Assembly: GCF_037042905.1 (NCBI RefSeq)
Contig: NC_087245.1
Location: forward strand, 27,282,001 to 27,346,000
Source of the DNA: Lytechinus pictus
Lineage: Eukaryota
Length of the DNA stretch: 64,000 nt
Direction: 5' to 3'
Both the position numbers and the translations under genes were made by a program. The notes beneath the pieces were generated by a model. The model did not search any database, was not told where the DNA came from, and saw only the letters and a list, made by a program, of their open reading frames with translations. This document shows positions 41,230 to 55,152 of this stretch, piece after piece; position 1 is the stretch's first letter, and the number at the start of each line of letters is the position of its first letter.

Positions 41230-41764
41230 GTCATGGATAAAATTCTTTACCATTCCCTGTTTAGGAAAAAAAACTTGGACGAAACTAAACTGAAGCTCTT
41301 GTCTAATTTTCACCCTCAATGGCATTTGCACTGTTTCACCCTGGCATTAGTACCAGTAGCCGGGCCGGGTTCAGGATGTTGAGCCTGAGCTGCTGCGCTA
41401 AGCCGGAGGCCAGCTGGCAATCGCAAAGTCAAAGCCCCAGCCATGGACACACCCCGCGTCCCAAAATAAATGATGCGAGATGCTAGATGCGAGGTACGGC
41501 AGCATAGCCACAGGCACCATGCCCATGCCGAAGACACGGCGGACATGTTCATTTTTGGCCGGCGATTGATCCCGGCCCAGTCTAACTCTAAAAACCCGCA
41601 ATACATGCTATTCATTCATTTGAGTGAGAAATTGTTTTACTATATTCCCAGGTATTTATAAACATTTTAACACCAACAAAACACTATTTTGACACAACTT
41701 TTGCTTCCAATAGAATGTCAACTGATTCCAAACTGTCTCAATTTAGTGATTTTTTTTAACTTAC

Positions 41765-41850
41765 CGATACTGTCGCAGAATTCGAATTCAGCTGCTCAGC
41801 TCGCTCACGTTAACGTCAAAATTACCAGGGCAGGGTCGATCGTGAATAGA
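41765..41850 (-). other. GPD2: Probable GPD2 non-coding first exon and promoter
   Basis: Strong minus-strand donor tcg/gtaagtt at 41765 in a CpG-rich region (41350-42250); the coding exon at 37134 has an upstream acceptor that needs such an exon. The 5' end is approximate. Confidence 0.55.
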
Positions 41851-42456
41851 AAAAAATAACAATCACGTCATTCTAGCCAAAATCTTGCTCACACAATTCT
41901 TTACAAAATAAAAGTACGTAGTCTGAGAGGTGATGTTGGTCAAGTTTTTGTCTAAATGCCAATGATTTTCCAATTTACGTTAGGCCAAGGTTAGATGTCA
42001 TTAATTAATCTCGATCTCGAAGACAGATTCCATTGCGAGGAGTTATAATAAGAGATGAATACATTAAGAGTGTTAACACACTGACTATATGGTGTAGTAT
42101 AATTCTCGTTTAGCAGACCCTTCTCCTCCATAGCAAGTATACATCGATACGGACAACTATACGTACTACGCGTCAAACGGAAGAGAATGTGTCTCAAGAG
42201 GCATCTACCTTGGACGCGGAAGTGTGATTGATCAGGGATCGGGAGCATGATACTTAATAGTTCTGTAAATTAATATTGATTGCTACAGCTGAACTTTTGT
42301 GCCTATACACGCTATACAGTGCCTTCCTTTTTTAGAATGAGAGGCATGGCGTACAATTGATTGGGTCGTGTATTGGTTTGGTGGCATTAAAAACATAATT
42401 CTTCTTACGAATAATAACTTTCCTTGTATAAAATTTACGATCTATATATTACAGGC

Positions 42457-42975
42457 TTAAAGGTCTGAAAATATATCTAAATAAAAAAGTAAAATTTTCA
42501 GAGCAAAATGCTAAAAATTTCATCAAAATCGGATAACAAATGACGTAGTTATTGAATGTTAAAGTTAAGCAATATTTTGTGATAATAGTTATGAATATTT
42601 ATTAGGTGGGCTGGTGATGACACACCCCACTTTCCCTTTTCTTATGTTATCATAATTATGAAATCATAATTATTTCATTTTTTCACACAGGTGTGAATAA
42701 TGTGTCTCCTTTATAATGAAATAAGTTGCAGTAATGAATATCTATAATGCACTTAATTAGTTGTCAATCCATTTTCTCAGTTCTTGGTAGTAAAAATTTG
42801 AATAAACCTTATTTCAAGACATGAATGCCTAGAACAGTTTCACCGGCGGAATAATGCAAATCTTTAAAATGCAATAACTCCTTGTCCGATTTTGATCAAA
42901 TTTTCAGTGTTTTTTGGTCTGATTTTTCTTTATCTGTTTATATCATAATATTTTCAGCCCGGAGCACCCCTTTAA
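42457..42975. mobile_element. Kolobok-like element (left TIR partly deleted)
   Basis: ttaaagg ... ccggagcacccctttaa; body matches the 17394 family. Confidence 0.7.
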
Positions 42976-44483
42976 CTGTTAACATATTGTGTTTACTCTG
43001 CTGAATAATTGGTGAATGATTGACAACTATAATGGTCGCTGATCAAATCCAAGTATCTCCTTTTAAGAGATAGGCCAGAAAAACCGTAATAAAAAGAGAA
43101 AAGAATAACAATACTGGAAATGAAAAAATTACCTTTTTAGAATGAAATTACAATTTTATGATAGATTTGTGACATAATACTCACAAAATATATTTCACTT
43201 TCTCACCTTTCCCCTTCCTTTTTTTGTTTAGTTTTTATTTTCTCTTTTTTTTCCCCGTTGGTCGTGAACATCTTGGGGGTCATTCGCCCAAAGTCCCCTC
43301 CCCATCTGTATACGTCAGCGAGTCAGGTTAATATTTTTTCTTAGTTTTGTTCATGTAAAGTGTTCAAATAATTCTTTAGGACTTTTTATTCATCAGAACA
43401 TAGTTCTGAGAACATTTTTACATTCAAACTCGCGAAACATTTCATGACGTATTGGCCTACCTAATATCAGGGCTTTAATATATATATGATTGTCAAGGGC
43501 CCGATTCATTGTGCCAATGTCTACTAAGGGCCTTAACATGCATTGGATGTTTTATTTGTTTCTTCCAGTTTGTATAATTTTCCCTGTAAGGAGGTGGCCT
43601 TGCCGTAAAATCTGGGCGTAAAATATAATCATTTAAGACTGCGATATCTTGACAGGTGCAACTTTATTGTCATTATGATATTTCTTTCATTATTTTATCT
43701 GATATTGCCATTGGGCATGCAAGTGCCAATGGCTATTATACTCGCCCTATACTTTGTCATGATTTCTTTTCAAAATTCATTTTGTTAGGCATAAAAAGTG
43801 AGAGAAAGTGGTACTATTTATTGGTTTTAGGTACCCCCTTTAGAAACAGCCGCTTGATTATTTCAAAATTACTGGAGCAATCAATCTGATGAAGGATGTT
43901 TTGGTGAATCTTTTTTTTAAGATCAGCTTTATAATAAACCTTTCTGTATGTTCATTCATTATGTAAAGTTGGGGGCAGATTAAAGCATTCCAAACTGAAA
44001 AGATAAGAGTGCTGGAGAGGGAAAAATATTTGGACAGAAGGGGGTGGGGTCAAGAAGATTAACCCTGATCAGTCACATATCATTGCTCGCGATTCCGAAT
44101 CAAATACCCTTTACATTTTCTTGACTTTTTAGTTTACTATTATTGTGGGTGGGACACGCTGTGTTGACTTCCCTCTGATGATCATGGATCCTTCTAGTAT
44201 AGGATCCATGCTCTGATGTCACTCTTCAATGAACATAGGTGCATGAATTATTAGATATCAATACAAAATAAAGAATGCAACATTACATCTTATAATTTAT
44301 GATACGGGCACGCAGTAAACAATGCCATAATAAATCAGCTTAGAAAGAAAAAAAGTTGTGAATTTTTTTTTTACAGATCATATTGCTGCTCCTTTGAGCA
44401 ATGAATGTATAATCACTAGTTCTCACCCGAATGGTGACACGACATTTGCTCCGGGCTTTATGCCCTCTTATATAAAGTTAGGG

Positions 44484-44720
44484 CACTAGCGTACGTAAGG
44501 GGGGGGGGGGCAGACTGCCCCCCTGACGAGTCACAACTCAAGCAGGGGGCGTACCCCTGCCCCCCCCCTGACGAGTTTTTCTGGTACGAAATCCTTTATT
44601 TGCGGTTGAAGACCTTTTTTTTTTCTTTTTTTTTTGCTTGTCAAATTTTTTTTGCGGACGAAATATCCTCCAAAAACTTTGCCCCCCCCCCCCTTTGGGA
44701 AAATCCTGGGTACGCCACTG
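44484..44720. mobile_element. hAT-like MITE nested in another TIR element (~44433-44878)
   Basis: Perfect 8-bp TSD agttaggg; ends cactagcgtac / gtacgccactg; host IR gacatttgctccgg / ccggagcaaatgtc. Confidence 0.75.
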
Positions 44721-47584
44721 AGTTAGGGTAAGGGTTGCAACAGCATTTCATGTTAGCTTTAGCGTTAGGTTTAAGATAGGGTACCGTATATGTTCAATCC
44801 AGGATTGAATTTGGTCATTTCATTTGTGTGTGGAAGTTATAGTGGAGCAATTGTCGCCGGAGCAAATGTCATGGAACCCTTTCGAGTAGACCTCTGTATA
44901 CACGTAGGGGTCGAAGCCTATTGTAATTAGAATTAAGCCAGCGTGGATGGGTGGAGCCGTTCATGATTCTTTCACTTTGACTACCTGACTAGCCTAATAA
45001 TAGACTAGTTCTTTGTTAATTTAGAGTGGTCACTTCATCCCAAATCGTACAGCCAGCAGTATGTGTTCATTATACTGAACGAGTCAGAAAAAAAACTCAT
45101 TACACCTAAAGAATAATGAAAAAGCAGGAGATACTCTTTGCATGCTTTTCAATTAAATTAGCCTGAGAATTGATAATAACACATGTTTATCTTTTTCGTG
45201 TTGCCAATGAAAACGGATTTTGCAATGATTTTTAATGCAACTCTCGTAAGATTTTGAATTCATTGACAAAGAAATTTGGTGAAATTAAGTATGGCAAAGA
45301 ATGCCCACTGGTTATCCAATCGTAAACCTATACTGGTCATTAAAAAATGATATCCAATTCTATAATATCCATAGATCATGACGTCGAGTTGTTTCATTAA
45401 ATTTGATATTTTTTAGGTGTGTAGTGCTTTTTTCTATGTACAGTCAATCGGTAATATTCAAAAGTGTGACCATATAGCATGGTTGTTCCTATTACCCATA
45501 AATAATTGATCCCTCTTCGGTTTTCCAAACTACGGTCATTTTACCCATATTGCATTGCATTCTTGCTTTCGAGCCTAATTTTCACAATTTAAAGTAACAT
45601 AGTACAAGTCATAAAAAGAAAGTTGCGAACGAAGAGCGGGCAAGATTTCGAGAAACGCTTGAAACACGATCATATCCCGCCCTCTCCCCAAATAATTAAA
45701 ACCAAATTAATTACATGTGTCATGTGTGTGCTATTTTCGCAAATATGCTGTAAAGGACTCACATTTAATATTTTGATATCGAGGGAATCTTTGAGACATG
45801 GGACGGTTTGCTCGATGTCAGTTGGATTCGGACAAGCGACAAATATGATAGAGGGTATATCTTTTGTTAAAAGGGGCTCACTATTTATTCATATCGTGTC
45901 CTCACCGGTATACCATTATGACACAATCATGAGTCCAACGGTTGTTGATTGTACGTGACTAAAGTTTGTATAAAAAGTAAATATAATTACATGAAGATGG
46001 ACATATTTCGTTTAGATCTTCAATAATCAACACAATAGCCATATTATTGGTTGAGTAAGCCCATTGAGGGGCGATACAATTTGGGGTGGGGTGGAGGGGG
46101 GGGGGGGCTATTCCATTATCATTGCAGAGAGAAATTAGGGTGTGTGGTAATTTCATTGAGCGAAATATTATCACTCTCGTTAGCAATTTGTAAAGCAGCA
46201 GTAGTTCCATGCATGATCATGATCTTTCCTCCTCATGCCCTTTTTCGCCCCCCTTTCATCTTTTTCATCTTCTTCCTTTCCTCCGCCCTTTCCTTTTTTG
46301 TTTACGATAAGGAAATCTTTCAACCACCCCGTTCATGGCGCCGCCTCTATATTACTGGATAATTTTATCAAGACTGACAGGTGATGTGATATTGCGCCAT
46401 CTATCATTGTGTATTGTTATATGTTTTTTTTTTTTAAACCTGTATATTTTATCAGTGCCCCGGGTCTCTTTCGGCATTAATTTTGAAAATAAATTTTATG
46501 ACTTTAACAGTAACATTGATTATCTTATATGGTGTTTGCTTGACGCGTACCTCCATTGTAAACTTTGTTCGAAATTGATTTAAAGATTCATGTCCTATTT
46601 CTTCTGCCAGTCGTAGCATTAGCTCACAGGCGTTTTCTACTCGATAAAACCTACACACATTCATCATGAGTAATAACGCTTGATGTATACATTCCCCTAT
46701 TTAAATCCTGCTCCAATATTAGTCATGTTAGTCTCGCAAAAGACTATATCAAGAGCAGGATAAAAAAAAAAACATTGGCCTAGTACCTTATGAGAAAATC
46801 CATATATCAAAGTTGAAAAGATTGGATATTCTTTTTGTGTGTGCTCCTATGTCATTCTGAAGACAACGGTGAGCCTGTTTTTACTCATTAATCTGACAGA
46901 CATAAGGCCTAGTATTAGAATTAGCTTTTATTTGGTTGGTTTTATTTCATAAACCGTTTAAAATCACAACAAAATACATTGCACAATATAATATGATTAA
47001 ATATAAATATATAATTTATATAAACAATAAAAAAGATACGAATGGATCACTCTATTTTAGAGCCATTGATTTAATGGCTCTGTTCCTCTTAGAGGTCCAG
47101 TCAAAATAACATGAGAATAATATGAATTATATAATGATACATTAATGATAGCAAGTATTTGAATAATTATTAATCGAAAACAAAATAACTACTACACATG
47201 CAGAGCGAATGGTAAACAAAGGTATAATTACCACACGATGAAAAATATAGGGTATATAGGGTATTTTATTAAAGATATCAGGGAAAATATTTTAAGTTTT
47301 ATGATTATGTTTGGTGCGTTGATGTGCAGATTTATTCATAGGAGCAAAATGGGGACCGTATAATATACCGTTTTATACCTTTCATCGATGGAAAAACTTT
47401 AATATGCTTAGAATTGTTTCAATAAAACATCAGTAATTAATCTCCTTGTCAAATCCACATGATATTTGTATTAAAACAAGGGCATAGTCTGGTTTAAGCG
47501 TGGGTATGTGCACATCTTGGAGAGGTGCATGACACTAAAGTGGTATGACGGGGGGGGGGGGGTGTACATCTTGGGGAGGTGGAA

Positions 47585-48179
47585 TTAAAGGAGAATGAAA
47601 CCCTTGAAACCAGCTGAATCCATATCAAAGAGAAAAATCAAAGAAACATATTGTTGAAAGTTTGAGGAAGATTGAATGAATAATAAGAAAGTTATGAGCA
47701 TTTGAATGTCGAGATCACTAATGCCATGTAGATCCTCCCATTGGCAATGCGACCAAGATCTGTGATGTCACACACGTACAACTCCCTCATTACTTTAGTA
47801 CTTATTTCACTTCATATTCTCACTTTTATAAAGTCTATCACAAGTTGAGGTGTTCTCTTTATGAGAGGACAAGTACAGAGGTTTCACAACATTATATCAT
47901 TGATGAATCGTTTGTCATATGATTAGAATGAGCAAAAAGAGATGTTTTGGGGTATATTTTCAGTGTCCAAAAGGGGAGAGTTGTTCATCTGTGACATCAT
48001 AGATCTTGGTCGCATTGCCAATGGGAGGATCTCCATAGCATTAGTGATCTCGACATTCAAATGCTCATAACTCTTCTATTGCTAGTCCTATTTTACTCAA
48101 ACTCTTGTTGATCTTATTTTTTGATTTTTCTGCCGTTTCACAAAAGCTAACTTGCTCCAAGAGTTTCATTCTCCTTTAA
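47585..48179. mobile_element. Kolobok-like element, second family, with ~80-bp near-perfect internal IR
   Basis: ttaaaggagaatgaaac ... gtttcattctcctttaa; gttatgagcatttgaatgtcgagatcactaatg...tgatgtcaca mirrored at ~47990-48072. Confidence 0.8.
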
Positions 48180-48846
48180 AGTTTGGAAATCAGCTGTTGA
48201 AAGCAGAAGAAGGGGTACAAATTTCGTTTTTCTTGCCGGTTTCGGAACTCCTCTGCCTCAGCGGGAGGGTGTACGTGCACCCGAGTGCACCCCCAGCCTA
48301 CGCCCTTGAAAAAATAAAAATCACCGTTCTTCATGGTGCCATGAGCCTAATTACAGCAGGAGGGCTAAAGATATTCGTTCGACCCAACCCATATGCATTC
48401 GAATTTTTTCAATTTGATGTTGCTGATTGAAAAAAATGTATGAATATGATTAAAAATCTAACACTGATTCTAGAAATGGTAACTACTGAACTTCCTTCGC
48501 CCAAATTGGGAAGATAAATAAGTGACTTGGAACTATTTTTTGACTGGCGGACTAATTAGGGCTATTTTACTGTTTCAGTTGATAAATTTGATCCATTCAT
48601 AGTTATCTTCATAAATGGCGATTTATTTTTAAAATGAGCTGGCTACGGTACCCTTTCCTGGTCAGATATGGAATGTCAGATATATATCCTATCCAATGGT
48701 AGTAAACATTCCACCCTCTAATTTCACATTTATTTTTTTGTGAATTTTTAAAAAGTGCCATTTTAACACACAAGTCTATGGGGAATGTTTTACGCGCGTG
48801 AGACCTCATGCTAATGCTGACTTAAAATGGTCACAAGATGACGCTA

Positions 48847-49450
48847 TTCAAAGGACAAGTCCACCCCAACAAAAAGTTGACTTGAATGAAAAGAGAAAAA
48901 TGCAACAAGCATAACGCTGAAAATATTTATCAAATTCGGATGTAAAATAAGAAAGAAAATTTTAAGTTTCGCTTAATTTCACAAAACAGTTATATTTACA
49001 TCCTGGTCGGTGTACAAATGAGGGTACTGATGACATCACTCACTCACTATTTCTTTTGTATTTTATATGAAATATTCCATTCTCCCCACTGTCCTGTGAA
49101 ACAAAGTTTTATTCCTCCCTAAACATGTGGTATTACCATTGTTTTTTTATTTCATGGTTCAGTCAAGTTGGTTCTTATTGTCAAATCTATAAAAAGAAAT
49201 GAAATATCGTATAATTCAAACACTAAAAAACAAAAGAGATAGTGTATGAGAGACGTCATCGACTCTCTCATTCATGTCACTGAGTTCTGCATACTGACTA
49301 TTTTGTGAAAAATAAGCGAAACTTTAATAAATTGTCGGAACTTTTTTTATTTCACATCCGATATTGATGAAGTTTTCAGCGTTATGTTTGTTTGAGTTTT
49401 CTCTATTGATTAAAAAATTAACATTTTCTGGGGGTGAACTTGACCTTTAA
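48847..49450. mobile_element. Kolobok-like element, third family
   Basis: aaggacaagtccacccc ... ggggtgaacttgacctttaa; inverted sister copy at 59468-60049. Confidence 0.75.
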
Positions 49451-50084
49451 GAATACCCAGAGTAGTAAATTTTCTACTTTAAACCGGTGCCATACACCAC
49501 TGCACAGAAATATTGCAATCTTTGGCGCCATACAGTCTGCCCATGAACATGATGAACGTCGATTATCATCCAGACTTCGAACGAAAAACTAATCAGTGCT
49601 AATACCTCGTCCCCACTATCACGAATTGCGCCACGATCGCATTAATCGTAGAAAAAATTTGAATTGTTCAAAAATTTTGCGATCAAGTTACGAAAGGCCA
49701 ATCGTGGTTTTGGTAAAGAGTCACACGACAATGGGAACGAGGTATCAATGAGAAAAGCCAGAAGGAATGAGAAGAATGACGAGACAACAACAATATTTTA
49801 TTACATTCATGATGCTAATCTATCCATAATGACGTACTAATCAGAAGACCGTGTGTCAAACAATCCACTTGCGATTAGTTTTTTTTTAATAAATGGCATT
49901 TGTATTTTTTCGTCAAATTAATCATATAAAGTTATTTCATATTTGGTTCAAACTGAACCTGCCGGAAAACTCCCACGCAGGATATTTGTCCCGGCCTGGA
50001 TGGATCCCCTTGAGGACGAATCTCCCGAAGGACAGCTCCCCGATGAAAACTCCCCCAATGAACAACTCCTCAGGAGTACAACCC

Positions 50085-51939
50085 CATAGGCGGATTCAGG
50101 GGGCCCGAGAGGCCGCCCCCCCCCCCAATATCGGCGGAGCAAAAAAAAAGCAAAATAAAGGAGGCGAAAGAGAGGAGGAAAAAAAGAAGAGGACAAATAA
50201 GAGGAGGCAAAAAATTAATAAAAAAGGTGAGGGGAAGATTTGGAAAATATTTCATGTCACTATAAAAATTTTCGTTCGCGCTTCACGCTCGTATTGCCTG
50301 TTCGATGAGATACACATCTTGTTCAATAGGCTAATATGGAGCTTAAAGTATCAAGATTTAAGTCAATATGCAAAACAAACAAAAAATTGATTTACAAATT
50401 GATTTTTATCAAGTGCTTTATAAAATGTCAGTTTTATGGTCTGAATATCAAGATTTTCAGCTCGCGCTGCGCGCTCGCATTATTTTATTTGCCAAGTACC
50501 TATTCCCTTCGCGTATTCCATAAAGTTCTCAAAATAACTCTTTTCAGGTGTGATTGTCAAAAGTAAGCCTATCAGCTAACGCTGCGCGCTCGCATTTTGA
50601 TTGGTGGGTTATACCTCTATTCTATAACAAACTACTTAAATCCCCTTTTCATGACAGTTTATCAAAAATTTCGGCTCGCGATTTGCGCTTGAAGTAATTG
50701 TTAAATATATTAACCCATGCATTCTATTCATAATTAAAAAAAGTGCTTAAAAATTCAAATTTCCAGGCCTTAATATCAACAAATTTCGCACTCTCATTAG
50801 GTTTATTAGATAAACCAATTAAAAAATAACATTTTAATGAATTCCCAATAACTAAATTGAATCCTTTTTCAGAATGGAATATCGACAAGTTTTATCTCAC
50901 GCTTTGGATCCGAAGAGGAATAGGAAAATGTCCTTAGAATGTCCAGGTCCTAGGTCGAAATGACAAGAAAAAAAAATTCAGCTCGCGCTTCGCGCTCGCA
51001 TCGTTTATTAAGTGCAATCGATCCACATCCACTTCACAATTTTCCTACACAGTACTTGAAATAGTGCTTGAATTGACCCTTTTCAGACCTCAATATAAAA
51101 TATTATCAGTTTGCGATCCGCGCTCGATTTATTGATTTTCATGATAAAAAGAAGGGATTCAGAATGCCGAGATTCTAGGTCTTAATCTAAAACACGCACA
51201 CGCATGCTTAGTGGAAATATGTACAATTTTATTTATTCTTAACGTGCTCCAATTATCCAGTTTCAGATCAGAATATAAAAAAATATTGTAGGAAGATACC
51301 CAATTACCAATCATTTTCATAATTTACAAAAGATGAATAGATTGTCCCGTTTTTAGGTCTGAAATATATTTTATGTCCGCTCGCATAGATTGTTTAGTTA
51401 TATACCTATCCCGTTCATGATTACAAAAAGTTCTTAGAATGTCCATTTCTTAGGTCAGAATGTCAAAAAATTTCAGCTCGCTCTTCGCGCTCGCATTAGG
51501 TCTATTTAAATGGTGAAATATGTATCGTCTTCATGGCTATCTGGAACTAGTTCTTAACAAGTCCCTCGGGCCAGAACGTATATAAAAAAAAAATCTGCTC
51601 TCGCTTCGCACTCGCAGTACTAGTTACATTATCTATTTACATACGCATCTTGTTCAGGATCAGAAACATTGCCCAGAATGTTGAATTTTTCAGGACAAAA
51701 TACATGAAGTTTCCCCCCCAAAAAATAGCTCGCGCTTCGCGCTCGTACTATTTAAATAGGGCTTATGTGATTATTTCATAAAGTTATGCTGTTTTATAAG
51801 AATAAAGCTAACAAGTGACTGTTATGACTATACCCCTTCAAAGAAACAAACAAAAATCAACTTTGAGCGGCCGATCGGGGAAGATATGGGTGAAAAAATC
51901 AGCCCCCCCCCCTATTGGCGAAAGCTGGATCCGCCCCTT
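50085..51939. mobile_element. Long hAT-like non-autonomous element rich in gctcgcgcttcgcgctcg motifs
   Basis: Ends cataggcggattcag / ctggatccgcccct; 8-bp near-TSD tacaaccc / tacacccc; inserted in a ggacaactcccc repeat. Confidence 0.7.
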
Positions 51940-52558
51940 TACACCCCCCATGGAAACCCCCCCAAGGAAAACTCTGGTGGACAACTCCTCCAGTGGACAA
52001 TGCTCACCGTGGACAATTCATCCGGAATACATCTCCCCATATTGTAATGACTATCATTTTACTGACCGGAAAACAAATATGTTTTTGATGACCACGCCTT
52101 ACATGCAATGAACTGTACAGTTTGTTATCCATCTCTTGATAAGCAAACCAAATTGGTCAAATGTTGCTGTTTTAAACAACGTTCCCGGAAGAGAACAGAT
52201 CCATACGGAAATGAGAAGTATATATTGTTTTTCGTTAATTTGAAAATGTAAAATCTTTGGTAATTATTTCAGTGGCATAAATCAGGTCCGAGCAGTGGAG
52301 GGGGGGGGGGGGGGTGATAGCAATATTGAACTAAATTTAAAAATATTTGAAGGTCACCGACACATCATGGGCTTTAAATGATGCGTGGTATATAAACCAT
52401 GTACATGTACATAATACTACCATCTATCACGATTTTTGTCGTTGGCTGCTGCAATGATTTTCTGTCATAATAACAAATGAATTAACAGTGCATTTCAAAG
52501 TACGAGTGAGCGAAGCTGAGTATTTGGATGATTGAGTGTCAAAGAACGTCTTTCAAGG

Positions 52559-54480
52559 TATGGGCAGATCGAGCCTTCGCCACATTTTCCCTGATCGGCC
52601 GCTCGAAGTTGATTTTTGTTTGTTTCTTTGAAGGGGTAGTCCTGATAGTCATTTCTTAGCTTCAACATAAATATATAAAAATTTAATTAGCCTTATTTAA
52701 ATAGTGCGAGCGCGAAGCGCGAGCTAATTTTGTGTTCAAATTCTATGCACTTTTCCTTAAAATAGAACACTCTGGGTAATGTTTGTTATCCTGAACAAGA
52801 TGTGTAAACAACTAAATTATTACGCGAAGCGCGAGCAGAAATGTTTATATACATTTTTATCTGATCGGAAAGGGACCTGTTAGGACTGCTTGCAGCTAGT
52901 CATGAAGACGCCACATGTATCAACAATCAAATAATGCGAGCGCGAAGCGCGAACCGAAAATTTGACATTTCTACCTAAAGAATGGAAATTCCAAGCATGC
53001 GCTTTTTGTAATCGTGAAGAGGATAGGTAATACTTTAGCTATATAATTTAAAAATTGATGCGACCGCAAAGCGCGAGCTGAAAAATTCGAGATTTAGAAC
53101 TAAAACAGAACACTATTCATGTTTTGTAAATCATGAAAAGGATGAGTAATTGGGGATGTTCCTAGATTAATAATGCGAGCGCAAAGTGCGAGCAGAAAAT
53201 TTTTGATATTCTGATCTAATACCCCTTTCATATTGCGCCTTTCACCGGCGAACTTCACCGGCGAAGTTCGCCAGCGAAGGGGAAAGTGTCCAGTATGAAA
53301 GGTACACAGGAGAACTTCACCGGTGAAGTTCGCCGGTGAACTTCTCCACCTCTAGAGGTGGAGAACTTCGCCGGCGAAACTGTTTCACCGGCGAAGTTCG
53401 CCGGTGAAAAGGCCAGTATGAAAGCAAACCGGAGAACTTCTCCTCTTTAATGACGTCAGAAGTCAATTTTTTTCTCTCCCGAAGTCCCCTGTACCGAGAT
53501 TCCGCGCGCGATAGTTGCAAGCTCAGCTGAATGCTATGGCCAAGTAGATACCCTCGAACATTATTTTTTTTTTACTAACAATATTTATTAAAAAGCACTT
53601 TTTACATGTATAAAATGCGCTAAGATATAAAAACAAGGTGATATTGTTTGTTTTTATCGTAATACTTCCAAAATATGTTGTAATTAATTGTTTTGATACC
53701 TTTTTGTAATAGGTAAGAAGTAATGTTTACAATTTTCTTTCGTTTGTTCTGCAATCGCCCGTTGACTTTCGCCGGGGAAGAAATGTCAGTGCGAAAGGGT
53801 ACATTTTTTTCTTCGCCGGGGAAGTGAGGAATGCGAGGCGGAGAAGTTCGCCGGCGAAGTTCGCCGGTGAAAAATGAAGAGGGCAGTATGAAAGGGGTAT
53901 TAATGGATAATAGAACAAGCTGCGCAACTGAATAAACATGCGCGCGCGGGATTCAGATTTAGACCTAGAATTTGGGCATTCTAAATACATTTTTTCTCAT
54001 GAAAACAAAATAAAGTTAGCGCGAAGCGCAAGCTTTAAGTATTTGATATTTCGATCTGAAAAGGGTTAATTTGAGCTCTATATTTCAAGCACTTTGTAGG
54101 AACATTTTGAAGTGGATATGGATCGATCGCACTTGATAAAGAGCCAATATTTGTCATTATTTTTACTTCGAGTTTTGACATAGGACCGGTACATTCTAAG
54201 GACATTTTGTCATCATATGAAAATGATGACTATTTTCCTATTCCTCTTCCTATAATCGCGAGATGAAACTTGTCAATATTCCATTTTGAAAAACGGGAAA
54301 ATTTAATTATTAGATTAATATCTTACATAAGCCTAAAGAGAGCGCGAAATCTGTTAGTATATGGCCTGAAAACTGGACATTTTGTCGCCGTTCAAATTCA
54401 TGTGCATATAAAGGAAAGTATGGGTCTATTTGAAACGTCAAAAGAAAATGAAAAAAAGAAGAGAAATATTGTAATGTGAA
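52559..54480. mobile_element. Inverted, more degenerate copy of the 50085-51939 family (end approximate)
   Basis: gatcggccgctcgaagttgatttttgtttgtttctttgaaggggtagtc (~52593) is the near reverse complement of ~51828-51877; homology continues. Confidence 0.65.
53220..53899. mobile_element. Harbinger-like element nested in the previous element
   Basis: TAA|tacccctttcata ... tatgaaaggggta|TTA; internal ttcaccggcgaa / ttcgccggtgaa repeats. Confidence 0.7.
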
Positions 54481-55152
54481 ATTTGCTCTACAAATTGGGC
54501 TTGCACGCAGGCTACTAGAACTTGCTAAATCCAATTTAGTTAACAATGACCTTTGTTCAAAATGCATTAATGGATGCATCTCTAAATATACTGGACCAGT
54601 ATAATATACCAATAAAGAGTCAATGGGGATGCCAATCCCAGTAATGTAATTAAGTCAGCTAGGGCATGATTTTGGCGGAAAAGGGACAAAAGCAGGTTGT
54701 CTCGCCAGTGTATGGTCAAATCAATTGAGGTAATAGTTACTTACAGTGATTATGTCATTTGATATTTTTATCAATATGTATATATTTACAATTGTTCCCG
54801 CAGCGAGGCTGTTGCTTACTTGATAAATTCAGATACAACATACCAGTCTGGACTTAGCCTTCTTTCATAAAGTGCAGAACGAAAGAATGAAGATTAAACT
54901 GTTTTTTTTTTAATTTAAAACCAATTTTCAATTTAAAACCAATTTACTCACTGGTTAGAGGTGGAATGAGAATGAAAGAAAATGAAATCATGATTAAAAT
55001 GTGCCTTTGAAATGAATTACAGGTCATCACAGTCCGCAATATTAATTTACAAAAAAGTAGAAATAAAACAATGATGCAAATTAAAATTAAAAATAAAATG
55101 CAGAAATTAGAGATTTTGAATAATTATAAGAATTCAGAGATGATGCAGCACC

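Noticed and set aside
49893..50390. 165-aa Lys/Glu-rich ORF
   Set aside because: Crosses a minisatellite and a MITE end with a purine-rich low-complexity tract.
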